Shown piece by piece: positions 24,073 to 36,606 of a stretch of DNA of 63,176 bases. Position 1 is the stretch's first letter. The number at the start of each line of letters is the position of its first letter. A model generated the notes under the pieces. It saw only the letters and a program-made list of their open reading frames with translations. It ran no database searches and was not told the origin of the DNA. The stretch is from Octopus sinensis (lineage: Eukaryota). Location of the stretch: assembly GCF_006345805.1 (NCBI RefSeq), contig NW_021831878.1, positions 1 to 63,176 of the forward strand. Reading direction: 5' to 3'. Made by a program: the position numbers and the translations under genes.

Positions 24073-25576
24073 TGTGCGTGTAACACTCTCGGTTTGGCCC
24101 TCGAAATAAGGGTAATTTGAAATAAGCTACAAAATAAATCTTACATCCATGTCAGATTTCAACAAAGTCCCATAATTTTTCCTATCGTAATGGCGGGTTG
24201 CATATGCAGCTGCGCATGCTCTGTACAGCTTAAACACCTGGCGGTTGTTTTCACTGTCTAATTATGCCGCTGAATCAAAAGATGAATTTGAAGATTTCCA
24301 GCGTCCGTATTCTCTGCAATTGTTTACGATTTACAACCATGAAAATATTTGTAATCTAGAGAAGCGAATGCAGATTTACCCATTAGACTAATAATAGTGG
24401 GATAGTAAACATTAATAATCTTTATTCTTTATTGCAGCTTGATGCTGTTAACCGAACCCTTCGTTTATCTAACATATATTCGACACACTCCAACATACTG
24501 TCATGAATCCTATTGGATATAACGTGACGGTCACAACATCTCAGCCTTCTTACACACAGCATCCGTGCTTGCCCTGACTATATTTGCTCTCTTTACTCTC
24601 ACTTTTATGGGTGTTGTATTCGTTTCACATGAAATGTCTTCAGCTTCTAGGATCCATCCTTTCTTCGGTTCTGGTATGTTTACGTAGATGAGTGAAAGAA
24701 ATCGTCGTATTTGATGTTCTCTGCTGTCGAAATGAGGCAATTTTTCTGGTTGATTTCATTTCTTATTCTTGTATATCAGCGCTTAGTATATGACGTGTAT
24801 GTTGTGTGCATCGAGTTTCATTTTGTATCTTATTTTGAAGAGAGATGGGAATTTTGTGATATAGATTTAGGTTGGCAGGACCAATACTCATTTATCCTGT
24901 CTTTTGAGGGATTGATCGTGTAAATTCCACATTCTCAGAAAGCTTAAATTGAACATTTTGTGATATTTGTAAAGTAGACGATAAATAGGTTTTATAAGAT
25001 ATGGGGTAGGAATGGAACAGAAAGCTTTCCTGATTAATAACGGCAAATAGAATGGTTTGTGAAGACGTATCTTGTTGTTGTTGAAAGAATCAGTTAAGTT
25101 CTGTGCTATGTAATGTAGCGGTTCATGGCTCCTTGTCAGAATCCGAGTTGTAATTGAAAACCAAGATGCCTGAGATAGTAGCGTCGAGTATAGAAATTCT
25201 AAGGCTGTGCATGAAAAGCTGATATAATTTCTATGGTGGTACTTTATTTGGGGTTTGTTGAATCATGAGACAGAAGACAAATACTGTTAAACGAAATACA
25301 TTTTATTTCAACGATAAGTTTGAGAAACTGAAATCTTACAAAATGTTTTCTAGAATCATTTCGACAGATTTAGATTTTTCTTGTTTTTGAGGATATTTCT
25401 GGCATTCTACGTCGCCTCTTTTGTATTGTTTGAATATCTTCTGTAAACTAGTACAACAGTTTTATTGTAACGATAGACATACTTTAAAGAAATATTAGGT
25501 AACACAATTGAAAATTTTATGTTATTTATTGAAATTCACAGAGATATTTTCATATGGAACCGAATTTAATTTCTAT

Positions 25577-26070
25577 TCAATATTTACTGCAAACAACGCA
25601 GGTTAATTCTTGACCATTGACATACGGTGGACATGGCAATGACCACAAGCAGCCTGAACGAAATATAATAGAGCTCCATCTTCGTTTCTGTAACCTGCTG
25701 GATCAGCTTCTGGTGCATAACCCACACACATATTCTTGTCTTCCTTTATGATTATAATGCGCGGTCATCAAATATCCCGAATACTCAGCTGTCCAACCAG
25801 CGTAACACTTTGTCCTGGCTGGTAACATCATAACAACAGCAGGTTGTCGTGTCAAACAGACAGCACACGGAACGTTGTGATCATGAATTGATTCAGCGTT
25901 AGCAAAAGAAAAGAGTTTATTTGAGTAGTGGGATATTTCATATTCACTGCCATAAATGTAACCACCTTTTTCAACTTCTGTAGTATAATTGGCCCAAATG
26001 GGATCGTTAGGTAAACACAAGAGATTACTTCCGCCACCAGTCTGGGTATGATGTTGTCCACCAACCACAC
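25577..26070 (-). pseudogene. Copy 3 terminal NC1 exon (B-type 3' flank); -2 near 25722 and -1 near 25642
   Basis: ORF 25703-26068 VGGQHHTQTGGGSNLLCLPNDPIWANYTTEVEKGGYIYGSEYEISHYSNKLFSF...YVC; the domain continues in shifted frames to CVVCSKY-stop. Confidence 0.85.
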
Positions 26071-26269
26071 CTAAATTGGTTAGAATAAATCAAGTAAAAA
26101 AGATGTTAAGAAAAATTATATATGAAATAACGGAAACATTCATTACAGTTAAAAGAAGTCATGTTTAGCCACGTGTGAACGAATTGTGGTGTATATATGT
26201 TAGTGTTTATGTGAGTGCAAGCGGTGTGTTGCTGTATGCTTGAGATCATAGCTGTGCATTTGCATTCTC

Positions 26270-26313
<44 letters not shown>

Positions 26314-26315
26314 GT

Positions 26316-27232
26316 TAAGCAACAAGGATATCGAGAGATAATGCAGTGCAATTGTTTCATGCAACTCCATTTAATTGAACAATACAATCATTACATCAAT
26401 TTAAAATATAGAGGAATCTTCAGCTGCACAAATACATAGGATTTAATTAAATTGAAACAGATTGACACATTAGTATAATTATACCTAAAATCTCCAAGAA
26501 GCTAAGGAGATACACAAAGAACATGTTGTCTCTATTTCAGCATAGAAGTTAATAAAATTATCAAGAAATTTATGAATACTTATGAATAGAAAAAATATTC
26601 AACAATTTCTATCCTTTTGTTATAATATTCTTCTTAATAATCCTTTGGAAAACCCTAAACTTCAACTGTATTCATAGCAACATTGTTTAAAATATTAACT
26701 ATAATATATGATAAGACCTTCGTTTCATTGTCAATAGTCTGCCAGTGTGCGACTCCCTTAATTATCAGTTAACAACCCTTGTTTAAAGTTTTCCCTTACT
26801 AAACCTCATGGTATTGCTTATAATAATTCTTGATTTTTTTATGACTATACCAACTATTATGTCTGTCTACCCCCTAAACCCTCCCTCTAACAGATACTGC
26901 CCTATGTTCTCTCAGCCTTAGATATACAAAGGATTTGTAAACAATTAAAACTGACCCCATAAAGACAAAAAAATCAGTGACAAGCCGACCTTCATGATAA
27001 TTTTATTAACTGCTATGCTGAAGTAGAAACAACATGTTCTATGTAATTTCTTGGAGATTTTAGGTATAATTATACAAATGTGTCCATATGTTCTAATTTA
27101 ATTAAATGCTACGTTTTTGTGCAACTGAAGATTGCTCTACATTTTAAACTGATGTAATGATTGCATTGTTCAATTAAATGGTGTTGCATGAAACGAACGT
27201 ACTGCATTATCTCTGGATATCATCGTTGCTTA
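26316..27232. mobile_element. Older foldback element, arms 26316-26563 and 26995-27232, each with a decayed hammerhead motif
   Basis: Imperfect inverted arms of ~240 bp. Minus 26342-26428: TGCAG-CTGAAGA...GAA-ACAATTGC-A-CTGCA. Plus 27120-27206: TGCAA-CTGAAGA-TTGC...GCAT-GAA-ACGAACGT-A-CTGCA. Confidence 0.75.
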
Positions 27233-27323
27233 GTTTAATTTTAATCCCCTTACTTTGAAATTGTATGGATAATGCCGTACTAAATTCTGGAGCCTCAACT
27301 TAAGTACCATATTCATCCGAATC

Positions 27324-27362
<39 letters not shown>

Positions 27363-27411
27363 CATTCATATATATATATTATATATATATATATATTATA
27401 TATATATGTAA

Positions 27412-27469
<58 letters not shown>

Positions 27470-27499
27470 TAATATATACATATTTGAATAAGAAATGGA

Positions 27500-29105
27500 G
27501 TTAACGCAGGTGTAATCAAATATTTTTACTTTCGAAACATGTTTCGAAAATTCCACTGATACTATTCAAAAGAATAATGGTATAAACAATGCCATCTTCT
27601 CCTCAGGAAAGTGAAAAAAACGAAACTCGTCAATAAGACATTTTAGCAAAAATGATGGATTTGTATAGCGATAGACAGAACGCTATTAATATTGTTTTAA
27701 AAAACGTTATATGATATAACGTCATAAGTAGCTAACAGAAACAGTAGGGATATTAATAGTGAATGTTAAATATAAAAGAAATTAAAGTTTAAATTATATA
27801 TAATGATAAAGACTACTTATATGCACTAAACGTATGTTTTTCCCAATGCTTACATCTGTATGCTCGCTCTATAACCGTGTTTACTAGATTATTTTTAGAA
27901 AAAATAATGAAAATAGCTCAGAATGCAGAGAAGACAGAATTTCTTGCCTTTGTCATATGGTATCGAAATTGAGAGAATCAACCATTCTAAATGAAATTGT
28001 TTCTTGTGGTCTTTTAAATCCCAAATCAGTTTGTTGAGACCGGTACTATTCCGTTTTTTTTCTATCCCTAAATGTTGAGTAATGGATAGAAATTCTTTTA
28101 GATAACTCTAACGATGTGCTTCCAATGTAAAATCGTACTTTAGTACGAGTACCGATTATACACTGGTATATAGAATTTTTAACCTTAGAGTTACTTGACA
28201 TAAACTTAATTCTATTGGAATTGACTTCAGATACAATAACCTTGTTATTAATATTTCTAGAGGGTTGGATGGTATTAGCTAAATTAATGTTACTATTAGT
28301 AAATGTATTAATATTTAACAGTTTGTTATTATGAGAAGAGATAATTTGCAAGAGATTTTTTGTGTTTGAAAAACCTATCCTAACCTTATGTGAATTGATT
28401 ATAGAGTAATATCTAGAATTGTTTGGAAAATTCCTAGCAATAGCTTGACGAAACAGCAGTGGGAGATTAGATTTAATTTGTCACCCGTAAGGAATTATTA
28501 ACCAAATGTTTTTACTAGTATTCATTGCGTAATTACATTTGAAGGTGTTATATTTACTTTTAGATCGATAATAGGGGATTAAATAAGGGCTATCTGCCTT
28601 CGTTCGCTTTGTATCGGTGCGTAAGTTATGTTTGTTATCAATAATTCTTTTACGACTAGAAATCTTATCTGCATTATTGAATTTACAATTAGACTGAGCA
28701 GAATCTATGTAGAAAATTTTCTCTGTATAACCTGCTTTGATTAAGGCAGAGTTATAGAATTCAGCGTTATTATTGAAAATATCAATATTAGCAGATAATT
28801 TAGATAATCTAAATGAAATATTCTTAACTAAGTCCTTAGTAATTGCTCCAGGATGATTACTAAATTTGCTAATGTACTTAAGATTGGTCAACGGTTTACG
28901 ATATGGGAGGAAAGAGTCACTGTGTAAATTAAGCCTTCGTCATATCGTCATCAAAAACGATTTTTGAGCCCATTCTACTGAAAAAATTAACTAAACTATT
29001 AACTTTTTGTACCTTTTGGTTTGAAACATTTTGGAGATAAAGTAAACAATCATCACGATAGAGACCTCCGTAAATGTTAAGGAACTCTTGAAAAAAAAGT
29101 TATGT
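27500..29105 (-). mobile_element. 5'-truncated Penelope-like retroelement (RT C-half, GIY-YIG endonuclease, 3' hammerhead-like motif), unit 3 only
   Basis: GGLYRDDCLL at 29049-29060 (RT catalytic motif); thumb YISKFSNHP..ISFRLS..ALIKAGY (ORF 28481-28891); SIYQC..FYIGST..LSKRISIHYSTFR (ORF 28046-28351). Stops and frameshifts present. Confidence 0.88.
27528..27612 (-). ncRNA. Hammerhead-like motif at the PLE 3' end (2 extra nt at the cleavage junction)
   Basis: ACTTTC-CTGAGGA-GAAGAT...ATTTTC-GAA-ACATGT-TTC-GAAAGT: stems I and II and the core are present, but the junction is non-canonical. Confidence 0.55.
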
Positions 29106-30286
29106 AGGTATATGTATATATATGTTGTGTGTATATACGGGTAAGTATTTGAGGTTATGACGTGGATTATTATGTAAGTTTGCATGGGGAAGTGTATTTG
29201 CGTGGATGTTAATAGAAGGAGAAAAAGAAAGGATTCGGTAACGCATGTGCTCGTGTTTACCCGAAACGGAAAAGGTGTTCACGAGTGAACGGGGATATTT
29301 TTGGTGATGGAGTGGGCGACCGATAAAATATACGTGTAGGGTTTATAAAAGAGCAGATTCAGAGCATTTTTAAGGAATGTGAGGTGGATTGGGGAAGCGG
29401 TTTCTGGAAGTATTTTTGAATTGGAAGTGTGGTAATAACCTTACAAATATATACTGGATAATTAATGAGGTGATGTGGTGCATGAAAAGAGCAAGGTTTT
29501 AGTGATAGGATGATTTCGGTGAGGCGGAGAAGAATAGAAGTGCATTCTGTACACTGTTTTGATCTCTCACTAATATTTAGTCTCTCTATATTTACTTAAT
29601 GAATAAAGTCCTTAGCTTTTTCCATCATTTACAGTATGTGGCTTGTCCAGTCCTCATTCTACTTTGTGCGTTCATTTCATTAATTATTTACAGTCACTGT
29701 CATCAATTCTAATAGACTGTTTTCAATTTAGCCCGCACCTACGATCATTGGGCACTCTAGTTAATGATAGACAAGTGGCCACTATTCAGCTCTAGTCACT
29801 CACATACAATAACCATCCGTAGCCAGTACACATGATCACCAGTTAGCAGCCTCGGTATTTGATATCTACAATCCAAGCTGGTCAGCCAGAAATTCTTGAT
29901 CGCCATGGTGGTTTTCAGTCCAGCCCCTATCTGTAATTTAACGTAGAGATATCTATATTCTGTGGTTAGACAACATCCTTTTCATTTGGTCCGTAGTAGA
30001 CAACATATAATATTCTGATTTGACCAAATACCTACAAAGGAGTAAGCAGTCTTGTGTAGTTTTTGTATAGTCTACCGGTATAGACGTTTGAAACGTGACA
30101 TATCGTAAGAGGATTTGAGAACGTTTATGTCAGACAACCCGACAAAGGGTGAGTCTGTGTGCATGTTCGTGAGAGAGGGGGTGAGAGAGAAAGGGAGGCA
30201 ACAAAAAGAGATAATGACAGGTATAAAAAAAGAACAAGAGGAAATCAAAAAGGGAATGAGAGCTCAGAAACATAAAGTATACTAAC

Positions 30287-30361
30287 CGTCATATACAAGT
30301 TTTGAATAAGGAGGACAAGTTGTTCTACCCCACCGGGTATACAATGATTCGAGACCGGGTT
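30287..30361 (-). CDS. Copy 3 coding exon 3, intact (PGLESLYTRWGRTTCPPYSKLVYD)
   Basis: 75 nt with canonical splice sites. Confidence 0.9.
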
Positions 30362-30919
30362 CTGCGAAATTAAAATGAAATAATGTAGTTTAAAAGAAAG
30401 AATTGGGGGATCATTTACAAAGTAGGTTGTTGGATGGGAAGGAATTGATGGAGAAGAGAGAATATAGAATTTAAGAAAGAACGAGTGAATGAATGAAAGT
30501 TAGAACGAAAGATGTAATAATAAGAATAAATTGTAAAGAAAGAAAAAGACATTTGTCTGTTGAGCCTGTTGGTGACGTTGATGTCAAAGATTTGAGAGAT
30601 TAATCTCAGAATATCAGAATGTGTATCGGTCTCCGCTATGAACGGATGTATGTATGATAAACTTGGGTATGAGTATATATACTTCTCAATAGAATAATGA
30701 TAAAACTTAATAGAATAATGATAAAATATTCGCCAGGTGCGAATATTCATCGGTCAATTACAAATATTAGTTTGGAGCTCGGCGCAAATAAGGCCATCAT
30801 AACTACAACATGAAAATAACAACCATACCGCATCATTTGTCGATTTAGTTAAAAGACATCGCATCCGGATCTCGAGTACAGGGGTCCGTTCGATAAATGT
30901 ATAGCACAACCCACCCAAT

Positions 30920-32860
30920 ACCGGTGCAACCAGCAAGAAGCCAGCAACTTAATCTGGGGTGCGTGAGGTGGGAGCACCAAATTGACGGTCTCAGGAAACC
31001 AAAGCAGATGAAGAGGGAACAACCTTTAATAATTGAGAATTAAAACGTCAATTTTAGATATAATCTGCCTGTAAGATATATCGGTGTCTCCTCTACAAAA
31101 TTTCGTTTCTCCGATAGCGTACACCTGGATATAGGCTTGAAACTCCACTACGCAACTGTGGTGCCACAATGTCTGCACAGGTGAGATTAGGATACTCTCA
31201 ATCCCCAGCTTTCGGATTGTTTTATGGAGTGAAACCTACTAGGTGTGAGGTTTCACCTCTTGAAACTAAGGCTGAATATGAAAGACCACGGTGGCTGTTG
31301 AAAGTATATGCAGCAAACAGCTGGGTCAAATACATATCCTTCCTAAGCAATTCACCTCAGCTTTAGATATATTTGGGGTAAAGTCATTTGTCCTGCCAGG
31401 AGACTTCAGTGCACACCTTGGCACTGATAACCGTGAGAAGGGTTGATTGGAAGGAATGTCGTCAGTGAACTTAATGGACAGGTCGTAGCAGCCTTCTGTG
31501 CAGGATGCACACTCTCCTCCCTATGGTATAGATATTATTTTAAGACAGGGATATTTATAAGGGTACCTGGTATAGAAATAGTTGGTGACGGAGGTTTTTG
31601 ATAGATTTCGGTCATCTTTCACTCTTTGCTGAACGTTTGTGTCTGAAAACCTGAAAATTCCTACAGTCTGCCGAACACTGGAAATTGGTAAGCCGTGAAT
31701 GCTGGGATCAGAAACAAAAATGTGGAGACTTTTGCATACAAATTGAGAGTGACCCTCCTAAATTCAGTTGGACATCGAAATGGATTTGTGATTGTATTAT
31801 TTTTTTCGGTAGGTTCTTCTTCGTTTGAACGCTTATTTGAGCTAAACTCACTTAAATGTGATAAAACTGCTTGTGAAAAGCACGTTCGGTTTGATATTTT
31901 AGAAGCCATAAATACAGATGGTATTCTCTGAGTGACCCATGTACGCTAGGTGGATGGGACAAACACCAAGGCAATGGTAATATGGGGTGACAATCACAAT
32001 TTCTTCAAACAAAGACCAATGAGTGTGTTCTAATTATAGAAAAGTTTATACTAGATGTCAGGAAACGATATGTAGGGAAATTGTCGTGCTAAAGGTTACT
32101 GTCCGGGACACTGTACACCCGACCAGAGAGTCATTCAAAGACAGATCTTCCAGCAAACGTTGAAGCATTTCCAAGAGGAATACACTGTAAAACACGAAAA
32201 GGCACATGATCACGTGCCCTGAGGCATGTTGTGGATGGTTTACCAGGAAGGTGAGTTTACTGGGCAAATACTGGTTGCCATAAAATACTTATATGGATGT
32301 TCAAATGATTGTATTTATGTAAAAGTCGAAAGTTTACAACGTGAAGGTTTCACTTAGTTGAAGTGTGCATTGTTAGTGCCCCTTCTCACATTCTATTTTG
32401 TGATCTGGTTGAATATGCGCAGCCATTGTGGGAGAGTTATCCCAATTCATCTCTACGTGATCGGTGGACTGTTATTTGTAGACGACATGCTGCTACCTAA
32501 TTTGTCTGATTGTCACCAACAACGTGCACTGAATAGGTTGGCTGCCGAGTACACCAAGGCAGGATTGACAAATATGCACTGTGTAGGAAAGTGGAACATC
32601 ATTATTTCGGGTCTGTATTCGCGAATGATTGGAAGCACAAGAGTTGACAGAATGCTGAATTGTAGATATAAACGCAGTGATGCGACAGCTCGGGCATTTG
32701 ATTCTCAGATGAAGAGGGCATTCATGCTTTTCGTATGCAAGCCGGTGGGGCTCGCTCTGAGCACTCTAATGTTTTCACAGTGAATGTACTGGCCGACTAG
32801 GACACTCGGCAAAGAGCTCCCTCAGAGGAAACGTGCGGGTCGAAACAATTCTCGACGTAG
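30920..32860 (+). mobile_element. Decayed RTE LINE, unit 3 copy
   Basis: Homologous to 13960-15870, with different internal deletions. Confidence 0.8.
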
Positions 32861-33097
32861 CACTGCATATATACTTACATACACACAATAAATGGCATAG
32901 TATATTAGAATAACATTATATTTAAGGAATTCTTGTAAAGTAGAATATATTTTAAAATAAATTCAGGCAAGTGTCTTAGTATATATTATTTTGGATATAT
33001 GGATAGTAATGTGGAACTAATTCAAAGTTGGTAAAATTTTAAATCATTAGTTAAGGAGACACGGGTAAAAGACTTTAGCCATAAAATCAGTTCTTAC

Positions 33098-33149
33098 TTG
33101 GCGTATCATCAGGTTTATCGTCGAGAGATTTCTTGGAGATGAAACGGTT
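33098..33149 (-). CDS. Copy 3 coding exon 2, intact
   Basis: 52 nt with canonical splice sites. Confidence 0.85.
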
Positions 33150-33214
33150 CTGTGAAAAAATAAAATAGCATCATATAAATAGAACTTCAGTGTATTTATT
33201 ATCGGACAGGTATC

Positions 33215-33808
33215 ATTGCCAACACTACCATCTCAACCCCTTAGGAATCTTCTAGAAGGCGCTTCAATCGAGTCGAACGATTTTCTGAACAATATCAGAC
33301 AATAAAAATCTGAATTTCAAATGACATCGTTTGGTGAATCTAAGAAGATAGATAAACATGAATTTACGCCGACGTCAAAGTTCAAGGCAAGTCTATCCCC
33401 TCATTGGTTCCCTGGTACCCGCGATTGAACAACCACCGTTCCTCCAAACTTACTCCATAAGTGATAGGACAAGAAACCCGACGTGAGGTGTCAAAATTTC
33501 CGATGATGGGTCGTGTTAGACACAGCGCACACTGCTGCAAAGGAGAGTATATCCACTGACAGCTTTTCGGTGCGTTCAAAAATCACTCAAACTCCACCTC
33601 CAATTTTGCATGACAGGTTAGGGCCTGAAACACTCCAAACGGACGCAAAGCATGTTGCTCAGTCGAATTAGCCCAGCATTTACTCTCTACAAATGTTTTG
33701 TTGTCAATGTTGCACTTTCCCATATCACACCTGTTTCAAAATGACTGGAATATATTATATACCATCTTTGCCATTTTAATCCCCTGCAATGCCGGGTATG
33801 ACTGCTAG
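33215..33808 (+). mobile_element. Helitron remnant with hairpin-CTAG end, unit 3 copy
   Basis: Homologous to 3410-3998; CTAG at 33805-33808. Confidence 0.7.
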
Positions 33809-33872
33809 TACACACACACACACACACACACAAATATATATACACACACATATTCTACATATATATATATAT

Positions 33873-33918
<46 letters not shown>

Positions 33919-33928
33919 GTTATATATA

Positions 33929-33961
<33 letters not shown>

Positions 33962-36285
33962 CATCTACACATGTTACATATATATAGTTAAATTAATCCA
34001 AACAAGAAAGCCCAAAAAAACACAACGCGAGGACGTGGAACAAAGATAGTATTACTGGACGCTCAGTAGAGAAGAAAGAAGGAGGGTTTAACGTTTCAGG
34101 TGGAGCTCTTCGTCGGAAACTTACGAGAAGGAAAGATCCAGAGGAGGGAAGACAGAAGACAAAAAAACCGCCAATGGTACACACGCAGGCGCATTTTGAA
34201 TAACCGGAAGGAAATGGAGAAGTAAAGATCTTTCAGAGACAGGAGAGATAGAGGAGGAGGGATGTGTGTGTGTAAGTGTGGATAAGAGCGTGCGCGGAGG
34301 TCTGCGTGTGCGCGTGTGTATGTGAGTATGTGTGTATGTGTGCAATGATGACAAATGTGTGTGTGTGTGCATGTGCGTGTGTAAGTGTGTGTGGTTGTGG
34401 CTGTTAATCTTTGCGTGTTGTAGGGTTAGTAGTGTTAAGGTCAAGGAAGAAGGATTTGGGCGTGGCTCCCTTTGTCTCTACCACAGGTCAAGTAGTAGGT
34501 ACTGCTAGTTTGAAGTATGTGTGTGTGTGCGTGTATGTATATGTATCATGTGTGTGTTTTGTTTGTAGTGTGTGTGTGTTCATGTGTGTGTATGTGTGTG
34601 TATGCGTAGAGTTTGGGTGTGTGGCGAATAACTGTGCGTATGTGTGTGTACATGTACGTATAACTGTGCGCGTGTATGTATAATTGTGTACCGTATGTAT
34701 GGGATGTATGTGTGGGTTCTTTTGTGTGTGTGTGTATGTATGTGCGTGCGTCTCGTATGTGCGTGTGTGCATGTACGTGTACGTTTGTATGTGTGTGTGT
34801 AAGCGTATATGGGTGTATATGCGTGTATCCGTACGGTTGTGAGTTTTCGGTGTGTGCATTAATGTGCGTGTGTACGTGCGTATGTGTGCGCATGTTTTTA
34901 CGTGCGTGTGTGTGTGTGTGTCTCTGTCTATATGTGTATACGGATGTGTATGTGTGTGCGTGTAGGCATATATTGTGTGTATGTATATGTATCGGTGTGT
35001 ATGTGAATTTGTACATGCGTGTGTGTTTTGGGTTTTTCTGGAGTTGTGTGGGAGTAATGTGCGTGCGTGTGTGCGCTTAAGTACGTGTATGTGCGTGTGT
35101 GTCTCTGCCCATGTGTGTATGAGTGTGTCCGTATCTGTATGAGTATTGTTCGTTAAAGGTATATGTAGACATCTGTGCTGGTGTGTGTGTATGTACGTGT
35201 GTATGTATGTGTGTGTGTGTATTGTGTGCGTATGATGCATATATCTCCGTGATCACCGTCACAGACCAGTTGTTGCTACATATCGCCAGTCACAATGCGC
35301 TTCGCGTTGTTTTAGCCTTCAAATGACGCCACCCCGCGGGCTAAGCGAGCAGGCCAACAGAAGAAAGGGAAAAAGTTGTAGAAAAAGAGTACAGCAGAGA
35401 TCAACACAACCCAATTCCCTGAGCCTCGTGGAGCATTAAACACTCACAACGCCCAGTCTGGGAATCAAAACCGCGATCTGACAACCATGAGTCCGCTGCC
35501 CGAACCACTGGGCCACTGCGCCTCCACCCACAGACACACACACACACACATCACACATATCGATATATACGTATGCACGTACACTGAAGCATACACACCA
35601 TAAATATCACAAATATACGTATCTACTTATACGCATACACACACACAAACGCACACATATATGTGAGTGGACATACACTGTATAGTGTGATTGTTCGTGT
35701 ACAATTGAGCACGTGTGTCTGTGTGCGTGCGTATGTGTGTGTGTTTGTGTTTATTTGTGCGTGTGTTTGTCCGTGTGTCTGTGTGTATGTATTTACATTC
35801 GTTCTTACATATTGTCATATATAAAAACCAACGTGAATTACAGTCAAACATTACGAAATTCACCGATCTACATTGGCACTCGCACGTTTTATTTTCAGTT
35901 GGAAAGAAAAGATTCAAAAAAACTCGCCTCACTTCCGTTCCTGATGGAGAGAAATAGATAAATGTGTGTAAATATGTACGTATTCCTATGTGTGCGTGTG
36001 TGTGTGTTTGCATGTGTCTGTTTCTGTGCGTGTGTGTAAGTGTACATCTAGATATAATACTTAACACTAATATTAATAGGGCTAAACGTTGCAGCGACAG
36101 GGCATGGCCATGCTAGAACCCCACCATTAGATTTTTTTCATTACGCACTTATTCCCTCTCCAGGATTATGTCTGGTGAAAGAGCGATCGGACAGGAGTAC
36201 AATTCCACTCTTCTCTGTGTTTCCTTGGGATGTGTGTATATGTATATACATACATATATACATATATATACATATACATAAACAA

Positions 36286-36319
<34 letters not shown>

Positions 36320-36327
36320 CACGAGAG

Positions 36328-36358
<31 letters not shown>

Positions 36359-36550
36359 AATAGATATTTAGATAGATAGATGATAGATAGATATGTATGT
36401 ATATACATTCGTAAGTATATATGTGTGTATGTATATATATATTTATTTATGTATATATATATATATATATGTGTTGTGTGGGAGGTACAATGGCCCAATG
36501 GTCGTAGGATCGCGCTTTCGATTCCCAGACCGAGCGGTGATATATGTATG

Positions 36551-36606
<56 letters not shown>

